From an uncultured Clostridia bacterium (lineage in GTDB: Bacteria; Bacillota; Clostridia; UBA1381), in assembly GCA_934454745.1 (NCBI GenBank), contig CAKSGP010000001.1, positions 1-37,779 of the forward strand: a stretch of DNA of 37,779 bases, read 5' to 3'. This document shows positions 1-7,182 of the stretch, in pieces. The notes below the pieces were generated by a model, which saw only the letters and a list, made by a program, of their open reading frames with translations, did no database searches and was not told where the DNA came from. Position 1 is the first letter of the stretch, and every line of letters begins with the position of its first letter. A program made the translations under genes and the position numbers.

Positions 1-76
1 GCATAATAATAACCTCCAATTTGATATTTCTATTTTATACCATCTCGGAGGTTTACACAATATCTAAAGAAGACTC
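1..76 (-). mobile_element. Inward-facing terminus (terminal repeat, leader, RBS and ATG) of an IS256-family-like insertion sequence; its transposase gene runs leftwards out of the window
   Basis: Positions 1-76 are the exact reverse complement of 37703-37778, checked base by base. On the minus strand the region reads GAGTCTTCTTTAGATATTGTGTAAAC...TGGTATAAA...GGAGG-8nt-ATG, with the ATG being cat at 2-4. The innermost 26 nt align without gaps to the IS256 IRL as I remember it, matching GA at positions 1-2 and ATTGTGTAAA at positions 16-25. Only the first codon of the outward gene is inside the window. Confidence 0.6.
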
Positions 77-99
77 GATTGTATTGTCTATACAAAATT

Positions 100-348
100 T
101 TAATCACCGAATTTAGCTTTTATTTGTTCGTTAAGTCTCACATCAATTTTAGGAATAGGTTTCAAATCTTCCTCCTTAATGGCGATATCACCAATCGGAG
201 CTTGCTCACCTAATAAGTCAAAAAAAACATCCCAAGTTCCGTCAATTGATTCTTCTAACCAAATAACGCCCTGCATTCCTTTGTGTACTCCATATTTTGC
301 ATATTTTTCTTTTTCAACAATAACTTCGACACAATCAAGATATTTCAT
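100..348 (-). CDS. Small DUF4926-like protein; putative immunity/antitoxin partner of the upstream gene
   Basis: 82-aa ORF. The pattern D-x-V-x-V...YAKYGVHKGMQGVIWLEE...GTWDVFFD...DIAIKEEDL matches my memory of the DUF4926 SH3-like small-protein family. Its ATG at 348 lies 1 nt after the stop (350) of the upstream gene, which implies translational coupling. Confidence 0.6.
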   Translation of the reverse strand: MKYLDCVEVIVEKEKYAKYGVHKGMQGVIWLEESIDGTWDVFFDLLGEQAPIGDIAIKEEDLKPIPKIDVRLNEQIKAKFGD

Positions 349-349
349 A

Positions 350-907
350 TTATTTCCCTACAAACGGTGTATTTAATTGTATTAGTCCGTTGGGATTTAC
401 CATCCAACCTGTAATAAAAGAGACGGTGCCATCACCGTTTTTTCGCGGCAACTCAACCCTAATGCTTATTCTTTGTCCATATTCATTTAATAAACCTATT
501 GTGTAATTTCCGTTTTTATACTTTTCCAAACCTTGTTTTTCAATTTCTTCTTTCAAATAAGATGAATCGCGTACAGAGTATCCCCAACTTTCCAACATTG
601 CGCTTTTACCATGTTTATAAGAGTTTTCAGGATCGAATAAATATGGATCAAACTTTTCATACGGGCATTTGCACGAACATTTTGTTAAAACATCGTTATA
701 CGGAATATCTTCTAATAGACAATGACAAAATGGATGATGCGGCCATCTGGGAGCTTTCTCCTTTAAAAACCAACATTCATGCAATTTTAGACATTCCGGA
801 CAATGATTATCGCTTAAATTGCGATGTATCCATTTTTTCCATTGCGGTGCCGTCGGTGTTTTCTCTCCCCACACTCCGGCAGAAAACAATTCATGCAAAA
901 AGCTCAT
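350..907 (-). CDS. Toxin-like protein: MuF/SPP1-gp7-type zinc motif followed by a DUF6883-like C-terminal domain
   Basis: CPECLKLHECWF...PHHPFCHCLL reproduces the CxxC...P.HPxCxC motif at the end of phage MuF/gp7 head-morphogenesis domains. KFDPYLFDPENSYKHGKSAMLESWGY...YGQRISIRVEL...VSFITGWMV...LNTPF fits the DUF6883 pattern as I recall it. I prefer the start at M13 (cat 905-907) behind AAAGGAG. The ORF-track start at 943 has no RBS. Confidence 0.55.
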   Translation of the reverse strand: MSFLHELFSAGVWGEKTPTAPQWKKWIHRNLSDNHCPECLKLHECWFLKEKAPRWPHHPFCHCLLEDIPYNDVLTKCSCKCPYEKFDPYLFDPENSYKHGKSAMLESWGYSVRDSSYLKEEIEKQGLEKYKNGNYTIGLLNEYGQRISIRVELPRKNGDGTVSFITGWMVNPNGLIQLNTPFVGK

Positions 908-1194
908 TTTTATAATACTCCTTTTCTCAAGAGTATTATGCATGAAACAAAAACGACATTCACCGACATCTTTTTGAATTGTTATAATGTTTTAAATGAG
1001 TTGATATAAATAAATTCAAATATCAAGAAGTGAATAAAGAAACAACCATATTTGAAAATGAATTTTAAGCGGCGGTAAAATTACAGCCAAAAAATAAAAA
1101 ACGGCAAGACTACGGAAAAGATTTTTCACCGATTTTGCATATAACCCCAAACTTTCACTTTGGTTTCTCTTTGACAAATAAACTCTCGCTGTTT

Positions 1195-2190
1195 TCATAG
1201 ATTATTTTTTGCCGATTTATATTTCCAATATCCGTTTATACGGTATTTTTTGAGTACTCCCGCTTCTGTCAACCCTGCCAATATTCTGTTTGCTGTTGCT
1301 GCCGACACGCCGCATAACTCCCGCACATCGGCGTTCATAATGTATTCGTGAGTCTGCAAAAACTGCTCAATCTTCTGTAAACGCACGGTTTTTTTATCCG
1401 GTTTTTCACCGCTCATATCATCGCTCATTTTAGCCGCATCAACGAGTGATGCCTTGATAGCGGAAAGCATAAATTCAATAAATGCAGTTGACTCTCCTGT
1501 GTCATTGCTTATGTTGATAGCGTTGTAGTATTCCTGCTGGCGGTCATGGATAATGGACTCAACCGGCAGCCATGCAAATGTCGGATTCCATTTTGAGAGC
1601 AACAGCGTATGCCAAAGCCGACCGACGCGGCCGTTACCGTCTGCGAATGGATGTATCAATTCAAATTCATAATGGAACACACAGCTTTTAATCAGTATAT
1701 GCAAATCGCTGTGCTTTGTCCAATCCAAAAGTTCCACAACTAAATCCGGAACATACTGCGGCAATGTACCAAGATGCACAACCTGTCCATCCTGATTTAC
1801 AACACCAACGGGTCTTGTACGAAACATACCGGACTCAACCACCAGTCCGCGCGTCATAATTCCGTGCGCCGTCAGCAAATCATCCACGGAATAAGGGTCA
1901 AGCTCGTCCAAGCGCTCGTAAATCTCATAGGCGTTTTTGACCTCGGCAATATCCTTGGGCGGAGCTAAAACATGCTTGCCGTTCAGAACGGCTGTAACCT
2001 GTTCAAGGCTTAGGGTGTTTTGCTCAATAGCAAGTGAGCCGTAAATAGTACGAATGCGGTTGGTTCGGCGCAGATTAGGATTTACGGAAAGATGATTGTG
2101 AGCAGAAAGTCTGCCTATCTGTTCGGAAATTTCCGCGACATCATCAATGATTTTATTCGTAATTTGAAAAGGAGGCTGTTTATTTTTCAT
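1195..2190 (-). CDS. Fic/DOC family protein (class II, internal inhibitory helix) with a C-terminal winged-helix domain
   Basis: Canonical Fic motif HPFADGNGRVGRLW. N-terminal SLAIEQN is a variant of the inhibitory S/TxxxE(G/N) helix. The C-terminal ELCGVSAATANRILAGLTEAGVL looks like a wHTH. I prefer the start at MKNKQ (cat 2188-2190), which lies 5 nt after GAGG. The longer track start at 2223 overlaps the predicted -10 box. Confidence 0.9.
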   Translation of the reverse strand: MKNKQPPFQITNKIIDDVAEISEQIGRLSAHNHLSVNPNLRRTNRIRTIYGSLAIEQNTLSLEQVTAVLNGKHVLAPPKDIAEVKNAYEIYERLDELDPYSVDDLLTAHGIMTRGLVVESGMFRTRPVGVVNQDGQVVHLGTLPQYVPDLVVELLDWTKHSDLHILIKSCVFHYEFELIHPFADGNGRVGRLWHTLLLSKWNPTFAWLPVESIIHDRQQEYYNAINISNDTGESTAFIEFMLSAIKASLVDAAKMSDDMSGEKPDKKTVRLQKIEQFLQTHEYIMNADVRELCGVSAATANRILAGLTEAGVLKKYRINGYWKYKSAKNNL

Positions 2191-2221
2191 GTTTACCTCG
2201 CAGTATTGTTTTATTATCTGC

Positions 2222-2250
2222 ATTATACCATATTTTTAAAAGAATTTCCA
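2222..2250 (-). promoter_or_regulatory. Sigma-70-like promoter for the fic gene
   Basis: The minus strand reads TGGAAA-17nt-TGgTATAAT. The -35 is at 2245-2250, the -10 at 2222-2227 and the extended TG at 2229-2230. This would give a ~25-nt leader to the 2190 start. Confidence 0.4.
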
Positions 2251-2445
2251 CCGCATACTAAAATTATTTTGATACTCCCCCCATCTTCCTCAAACTTAAA
2301 AGATGAATACAAATAGACCATGGGGTTCAAAAAGGTTTTTTAAGTAATTCAACTTATGAATTTCGTGCATTTTCTGTTTTGAGTTCGAACGGTAAAAAGA
2401 AAATGTGGCATCGAAAAGTTGCATAAACGCTGGATTTTATAATAA

Positions 2446-2496
2446 AAAACACCATTGCTGTCCAACCACAATGGGTTCAGATTTCAATGGTGTTTT
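2446..2496 (-). terminator. Stem-loop followed by a U-tract; candidate intrinsic terminator ending transcription from the eamA remnant
   Basis: AAAACACCATTG (2446-2457) is the inverted repeat of CAATGGTGTTTT (2485-2496). An alternative 6-bp inner stem pairs CCATTG with CAATGG (2452-2457 / 2469-2474). On the minus strand the stem is followed by TTTTTTATTAT. Confidence 0.35.
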
Positions 2497-2580
2497 CACT
2501 TTATTCTGTGAACCAAAAAGAGAAATTTTTTCCTTAATGGCAACCTTTATATGTTCCACACTTTTATTTCGTGTTTCAAG

Positions 2581-3525
2581 ATATCGTCAGGATGGCATAT
2601 TATGCTAATACCGTATACATATCAGAGTCTCTCCTAATCATTTTCTTTGGTCTTGCTTAGAATAAATACCGCAAATAAAATCAGTATTATTCCGCAAACA
2701 TTAAGCACACTTAAATTTTCATTAAAAAATACTACGCTGAAAACGGTCGCAGACATCGGCTCTATTATTCCGAGAGAAGACGCTACACCGGCAGGTAATT
2801 CTTTTAAACCGAGAGTTTGTAGGAAATACGGTAAAACAGTTGGAAAAATCCCCAGACCTATAATGAGTAAAACTATTACCGGAGGATTTTGTAAAGTCAA
2901 TTTTGCCATATTGGGAATGTCTGCACAAATAAGAGCTAATATACACATTGTAATAAAGCAATATAATGTGATTGTAAGCGGGTTATAGTTATATTTCATT
3001 GCGATTTTTGTTATAATATTATAAAAAGCATATGCAACACCCGAAAGTAATCCTATAATAAGCCCTGCCGTATTAAACTTAAATCCGCCTATAACTCCGG
3101 ATACCAAGCAGCAGCCCAAAATAACCGAAATTACTGATATTGCCTTAATTTTTGTGAATTTTTCTTTTAAAAAAATTACTGAATAAAACATTACTATAAT
3201 AGGAGAAGTATACGTAAGCACAGACGCCGTAGAAGCCGATGTTTTTTCCATTGAAATTAAATAAAACGATGATGTAAAATATATGCCAATGCCGCAACAA
3301 ACCGCAAGCAAAATGCCTTTTAAATCTGTTTTATAAAGCTTTTTGTCATAAAAGAATACTGCGATTGCCATAACGACTGCCGCCACAGTACTTCCCATTG
3401 CAGTCATTTGCAATGGTGAAAAACCATACGGTGATAATAAATTTGCAAAAATGCAGGATGTTCCTAAAAAAATTCCAGCTAAAACGACACAGAAGAATGC
3501 CTTTTTTTCATAAGTATCAACCTAA
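2581..3525. repeat. Copy 1 of a ~0.95-kb diverged direct duplication (partner 7850-8796)
   Basis: The offset is 5270-5271. Positions 2604-2821 versus 7874-8091 are identical by eye, and the remainder shows scattered substitutions. The duplicated unit spans the first ~40 nt of the PIG-L gene, the intergenic RBS, the whole eamA-type gene and ~15 nt upstream. Homology ends at 2581/7850 and fades around 3525/8796. Confidence 0.85.
2634..3511 (-). pseudogene. EamA/DMT-family transporter, duplicated copy with a -1 frameshift directly after the start codon
   Basis: The span is 878 nt versus 879 nt for the intact paralog at 7904-8782. Copy 1 reads ATG-A7-GG (T7 at 3502-3508) where copy 2 reads ATG-A8-T (T8 at 8772-8779). 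From the ATG at 3509-3511, translation hits a stop after 10 codons. The only long ORF restarts at M 3413 and would lack the first transmembrane helix. Confidence 0.7.
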
Positions 3526-3558
3526 CCTAAGATTCCGTATTGTAAACTTAAATGAAAG

Positions 3559-3588
3559 TTGAGAACCTCTCATCCCTTTTGGTATAAT
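3559..3588 (+). promoter_or_regulatory. Strong sigma-70-like promoter with an extended -10
   Basis: TTGAGA (3559-3564), an 18-nt spacer, then TGgTATAAT with the -10 at 3583-3588. It is followed by a purine-rich leader and the ATG at 3642. GAGAACCT (3561-3568) and AGGTTCTC (3632-3639) form an inverted pair that brackets the leader. Confidence 0.45.
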
Positions 3589-3641
3589 GGTTTCACTACA
3601 AAACACATCTACTCCCAAAAGAAGGAAAGAAAGGTTCTCTG

Positions 3642-3770
3642 ATGCAATCATATCACATTAGATACCAGAAATGCAACAACAATCATTCATTTTATCGTTA
3701 CGGCAAAGATTCAAATGGTTATCAAAAGTATCTCTGCCGAAACCGCTGTCATAAATTTGCACCCAAACGA
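3642..3770 (+). pseudogene. Degenerate transposase N-terminal zinc-ribbon fragment (IS1 InsA / IS1595-type)
   Basis: IRYQKCNNNHSFYRYGKDSNGYQKYLCRNRCHKF aligns with the InsA-type motif CPxC...V.NGK...G.QRYLC..C...F, with the first Cys replaced. Beyond about aa 45 the 153-aa ORF simply runs antisense through the kinase remnant and the 3' end of the NagB-like gene. Confidence 0.35.
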
Positions 3771-3820
3771 CCGAGGCCGGAGGGGCAAATTGTCGGCAGA
3801 AACTTCCGCCGTACCTATAA

Positions 3821-4030
3821 TTATAGGGAACGCATTTCTTCGGCGGCAGCCATAACGTCTAAATCAGGGCATAACCTTTTAAGGTCTATGGCAACATTCG
3901 GCACACAGCCCCCGACGGCTCTTGATACCTTACAAATCCGGGTAAGTTCTCCCTCTTTCGGATACTTTGATACCGTATTTATAACATCTGCAAGTATACT
4001 GCCCGCAACCGCAATACCTTCATTTTTCAT
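3821..4030 (-). pseudogene. PfkB-family carbohydrate kinase, N-terminal 69-codon fragment
   Basis: [59 protein letters not shown] is a typical PfkB/ribokinase-like N-terminus, whereas full-length proteins are ~300+ aa. Its ATG overlaps the upstream stop as TGATG at 4026-4030. The frame ends at 3821, inside a 14-nt palindrome CCTATAATTATAGG (3814-3827), where homology is lost. Confidence 0.6.
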
Positions 4031-4965
4031 CAGTTGCACTCCGCAGTTAAAGGACCTGCAAGTTCTTTTAAGTAAAAGAGCCTGCCCGGTAATGTCGGAA
4101 TAAAGGTTGAGGTGATATGCATATCCGGTCCGTAATGGAGCGTTGTTAAAAAGCTCATTCCCTGCCAGCCCATTCCTCTGCCTAATGCACCGTCGGCACC
4201 GCCGATTGCGTAATCCGCCTGCAAAAACAAAGCGGGTCCTATTGTATTGGCACGACATGGCACAAGCGTTGTTCTGCTTTTAAAGCTTGTAATGGCGTTC
4301 TGCTCAATGGTGAGCGGGTGCAGCTTTGCACCAAGGCGGTAAGGAGCTTTTTTCCACTCGTCCTCATTTTTGTAATCCGCGGCAAAATGCGGCTCCCAAA
4401 AAGCAATATGGCACATACGCCCGATTCCGTAAACCAAAACAAGCTTTGCGCCCTCTGCCTTTAATGCCGCAATTTTCTCAGGGTATGTAGGAAGATTTGT
4501 TTTTGTTGCGAAATTGCGCTGATTTTCCGGCACGGTGCTGTTAAGCTTACCGAAAAACGCTTCCTTCATACTGTATTCAAAAGACGCCGGATTATCGCTT
4601 GAAAGGGTGTTTCCCTCACCGTCAGCCCATTCGTCCATATTGAAGGTGGTAACATGACCGCACGGTATTTTCCATTCATTAAGGAAATACGCCGCCCATT
4701 TATACATTCCCATAGGTCCTACGGGCAGTATAATTGCAAGCTTTCTGCCCTGTTCATATGTTTCCTTAACCTGCATAGCTATTTCGTGCCCCATAAACGT
4801 ATCAAAGTCGTTAATGCACGTACACTCGGTCGGGCTGAATTTTTCATTCCAGAACTTTTCGCGTTCAACACCCTTTTCGCAGCAGGCGTCAATCTTAGCC
4901 ATATCCCAGCCTGCGGGATAAAATCCCTCAAGTAAAGAACCCTTAACCGTGCTCATAAAATCCAT
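4030..4965 (-). CDS. Glucosamine-6-phosphate deaminase/isomerase-like protein (NagB / 6-phosphogluconolactonase superfamily)
   Basis: [13 protein letters not shown] and [15 protein letters not shown] resemble the NagB motifs (GIGxDGHIAFNEP). I prefer the ATG at 4965 (MDFMST) behind AAAGGAG; the track start at 4974 is a TTG. Confidence 0.7.
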   Translation of the reverse strand: MDFMSTVKGSLLEGFYPAGWDMAKIDACCEKGVEREKFWNEKFSPTECTCINDFDTFMGHEIAMQVKETYEQGRKLAIILPVGPMGMYKWAAYFLNEWKIPCGHVTTFNMDEWADGEGNTLSSDNPASFEYSMKEAFFGKLNSTVPENQRNFATKTNLPTYPEKIAALKAEGAKLVLVYGIGRMCHIAFWEPHFAADYKNEDEWKKAPYRLGAKLHPLTIEQNAITSFKSRTTLVPCRANTIGPALFLQADYAIGGADGALGRGMGWQGMSFLTTLHYGPDMHITSTFIPTLPGRLFYLKELAGPLTAECN

Positions 4966-4987
4966 AATTAACAATCTCCTTTAAATT

Positions 4988-5710
4988 TTAAGGCAAAAGC
5001 CTTTTTGTTGTACATTTTAAATAAACATTGCATTGGCGAAATCCTTCCGCGTATTCCGCTCCGCACTGATAGCCCCTGTATCTTGAACAGGTTTTAACCA
5101 TATCCGCAAAGTCTATACCGTAGTGCTTGCGCATCCAAACCAACTGGCTTTCGTGACATTCAAGCATTTTTATTTTCAAATTTATTTCTTCGGTGATGTC
5201 AACAAATTCAGTAGGATTAAAACCAACACCCGCAAGTGTATCCATATAATATATAGGCACTAATTTTGCTGGTGGATCATTTCTGTTACTGTAATATTTT
5301 GAATAATAATAATTAGGCAACGTAGCAGCAAACGACGCATCAAACACGAGCCTTGAAACTGCGGTATGGTCAGGCATATAATCCTTTGGATTATGTGTAA
5401 TTATAAGATCAGGCTGCGCATATCTTATTATATCAACTATCTTATCTCGTGCCCTCTTGTTACCGTCATAAATATCAAAGTCATTAAATTCAGCGGATAT
5501 AACCTCTATTCCCGCCAAACTACCGGCTTTTTTAACCTCATTCTCACGTATTTCGGTTAATTCATCCCGCGAGGTCGCACCATGCCCTAAATTTCCGTTT
5601 GACACATGACATACAATAACTTTATCGCCGCGTTTAACACATTTTGCCAATGTTCCGGAACACGCAATTTCAATATCGCCGGGATGGCATCCAATTGCTA
5701 ATATATTCAT
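4988..5710 (-). CDS. PIG-L/LmbE-family N-acetylglucosaminyl deacetylase (paralog 1)
   Basis: The N-terminal ILAIGCHPGDIEI is a variant of the AHPDDxE motif. ITHNPKDYMPDH and a conserved C-terminal half are shared with the paralog at 7183-7890 (CHESQ/CHRSQ; RLLP C-terminus). Confidence 0.85.
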   Translation of the reverse strand: MNILAIGCHPGDIEIACSGTLAKCVKRGDKVIVCHVSNGNLGHGATSRDELTEIRENEVKKAGSLAGIEVISAEFNDFDIYDGNKRARDKIVDIIRYAQPDLIITHNPKDYMPDHTAVSRLVFDASFAATLPNYYYSKYYSNRNDPPAKLVPIYYMDTLAGVGFNPTEFVDITEEINLKIKMLECHESQLVWMRKHYGIDFADMVKTCSRYRGYQCGAEYAEGFRQCNVYLKCTTKRLLP

Positions 5711-5764
5711 AACCTTACGCTCCTTTTGTTTTACATAGTTACACTAAAGTTATCTACCATAATC

Positions 5765-6094
5765 TCAGGCAATATAAATCGTAAGAGCCATAAATTCCAA
5801 AGAGACATCACCCATTTGAGCAATCGCATGACCCCCATTAGGTTGCATAGTACAAACATCACCCGCCTTTATTTTTTGTTGTGTTTTGTCACTGTTTGTA
5901 AAAACACCTGTACCCGAAAGGATGTAGTAATATTCTATCTCGTTTGTGTGAATATGCCATTTTACACTTCCACCCTTTTCAAGACGTACGTGTGCATACA
6001 TACTTCCCTTACCGAAAAACTCCTCATCGTTTATAATAGAGTTTATTTCAGCCCCATCTATTATCTTTGGTGCATAAGTGCTCCTTACCGACAT
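5765..6094 (-). CDS. Cupin-domain protein
   Basis: WHIHTNEIEYYYILSGTG...AGDVCTMQPNGGHA is a classical two-motif cupin signature. The protein is 109 aa. Confidence 0.8.
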   Translation of the reverse strand: MSVRSTYAPKIIDGAEINSIINDEEFFGKGSMYAHVRLEKGGSVKWHIHTNEIEYYYILSGTGVFTNSDKTQQKIKAGDVCTMQPNGGHAIAQMGDVSLEFMALTIYIA

Positions 6095-6105
6095 GGCTAC
6101 GCCCC

Positions 6106-7155
6106 CTAATCGTTTATTGCTATTGCAGACAATGTTTCAGATGATTTATATGCCGCTTCTACAACCCGCTGGGCATGTGCGGCACTTTTCATGGGAACCT
6201 CTACAGCGCAACCATTTAGAATTGAATTTGAAAAAGATGATATCTCCTTTTCGTAAAGATTACCGTTTTCAGGGCTATATTCTATTTTTTCAAGCGAGAT
6301 CCTTTTTTGAGCAGCATCATATTCACTTTGATTCGAGAATACGCATTTAAGTAAACCTATTTCCTCTTGACCTATAGTACCCTCTGCAATAAGACTGCCT
6401 TTTGTTCCGAATACTTCAAGTCTGCACGGGCAAGCATTATCGGGAATATTAAAATTGACATCCACATATGCTGTTGCGCCGTTGGACAATTTAAGAATAG
6501 TATTAGCGGAATCCTCAACATCATAAGAAAATGTTTTCGTTTCGCAAAGTGCGAATACCTGTGTGCAAACCGAATTTGTCAAATACTCCAATAGGTCTAT
6601 ACAGTGTATTCCCATATCAATAAGAGCCCCGCCGCCAGCCTTTGCCTTTTTCCCACTCCATCCGCCATCATTACCGGGATACCAACAATTCATTTGAGCT
6701 CTGCATGACACAATATCGCCTATCTTGCCGTCCTTTATAAACTGCTTTATTTTTCTATGTAAAGAATGATATCTCATCATAAAACCGGTTGCGGCAAAAA
6801 CATCGCGGCTATAACAGAACTGTGTTATCTCCTCCGAATCCTTTGAAGTAAGACAAAGCGGTTTTTCACAAAGAATGTGTTTGCCGGCCTTTGCCGCAGC
6901 TAACACCTGTTCTTTATGAAATATCACCGGAGAGGCGATATAAACTGCTTGAACATTCTTATCCGCAAGTAATTCCTCTACAGATGTATAATAAGCATTA
7001 ACACGGTATTTTTCAGCCAATGCTTTTGCTCTTTGTTTGTCTACCTCCATCAATGCCGCAGGATAAGCATTTTTGCACAGCATCATTCCAGGAAGAGTTC
7101 TTCTGTCTGCTATTCCGCCGGCGCCGATAATTCCCCAAGCTACTTTATTATCCAT
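6106..7155 (-). CDS. Gfo/Idh/MocA-family NAD(P)-dependent oxidoreductase
   Basis: N-terminal Rossmann motif WGIIGAGGIADR, the EKPL motif (CEKPLCL), and the typical ~350-aa length. Confidence 0.9.
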   Translation of the reverse strand: MDNKVAWGIIGAGGIADRRTLPGMMLCKNAYPAALMEVDKQRAKALAEKYRVNAYYTSVEELLADKNVQAVYIASPVIFHKEQVLAAAKAGKHILCEKPLCLTSKDSEEITQFCYSRDVFAATGFMMRYHSLHRKIKQFIKDGKIGDIVSCRAQMNCWYPGNDGGWSGKKAKAGGGALIDMGIHCIDLLEYLTNSVCTQVFALCETKTFSYDVEDSANTILKLSNGATAYVDVNFNIPDNACPCRLEVFGTKGSLIAEGTIGQEEIGLLKCVFSNQSEYDAAQKRISLEKIEYSPENGNLYEKEISSFSNSILNGCAVEVPMKSAAHAQRVVEAAYKSSETLSAIAIND

Positions 7156-7182
7156 AACTACTCCTTTTGTAAAAGCAACAAA

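Noticed and set aside
1016-1198. 60-aa hydrophobic ORF immediately downstream of fic (minus strand)
   Set aside because: Its start overlaps the fic stop without a recognisable RBS, and the sequence (…LAVFYFLAVILPPLKIHFQIWLFLYSLL) has no family resemblance. It could be a small membrane peptide, but there is no positive evidence. It is left unannotated.
3526-3552. CCGTATTGTAAAC, resembling the TATTGTGTAAAC core of the terminal IS256-like repeat; a possible third IS end
   Set aside because: Only about 11 nt are similar and there is a 2-nt gap. There is no adjacent transposase leader, and the downstream ORF is of a different (zinc-ribbon) type. This is probably coincidence, though an ISfinder search of 3512-3660 would settle it.
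3771-4103. The distal two-thirds of the 153-aa plus-strand ORF 3642-4103
   Set aside because: Beyond the zinc-ribbon-like first ~45 residues, the frame is simply the antisense of the PfkB fragment and the NagB-like 3' end. It contains no independent protein-like features.
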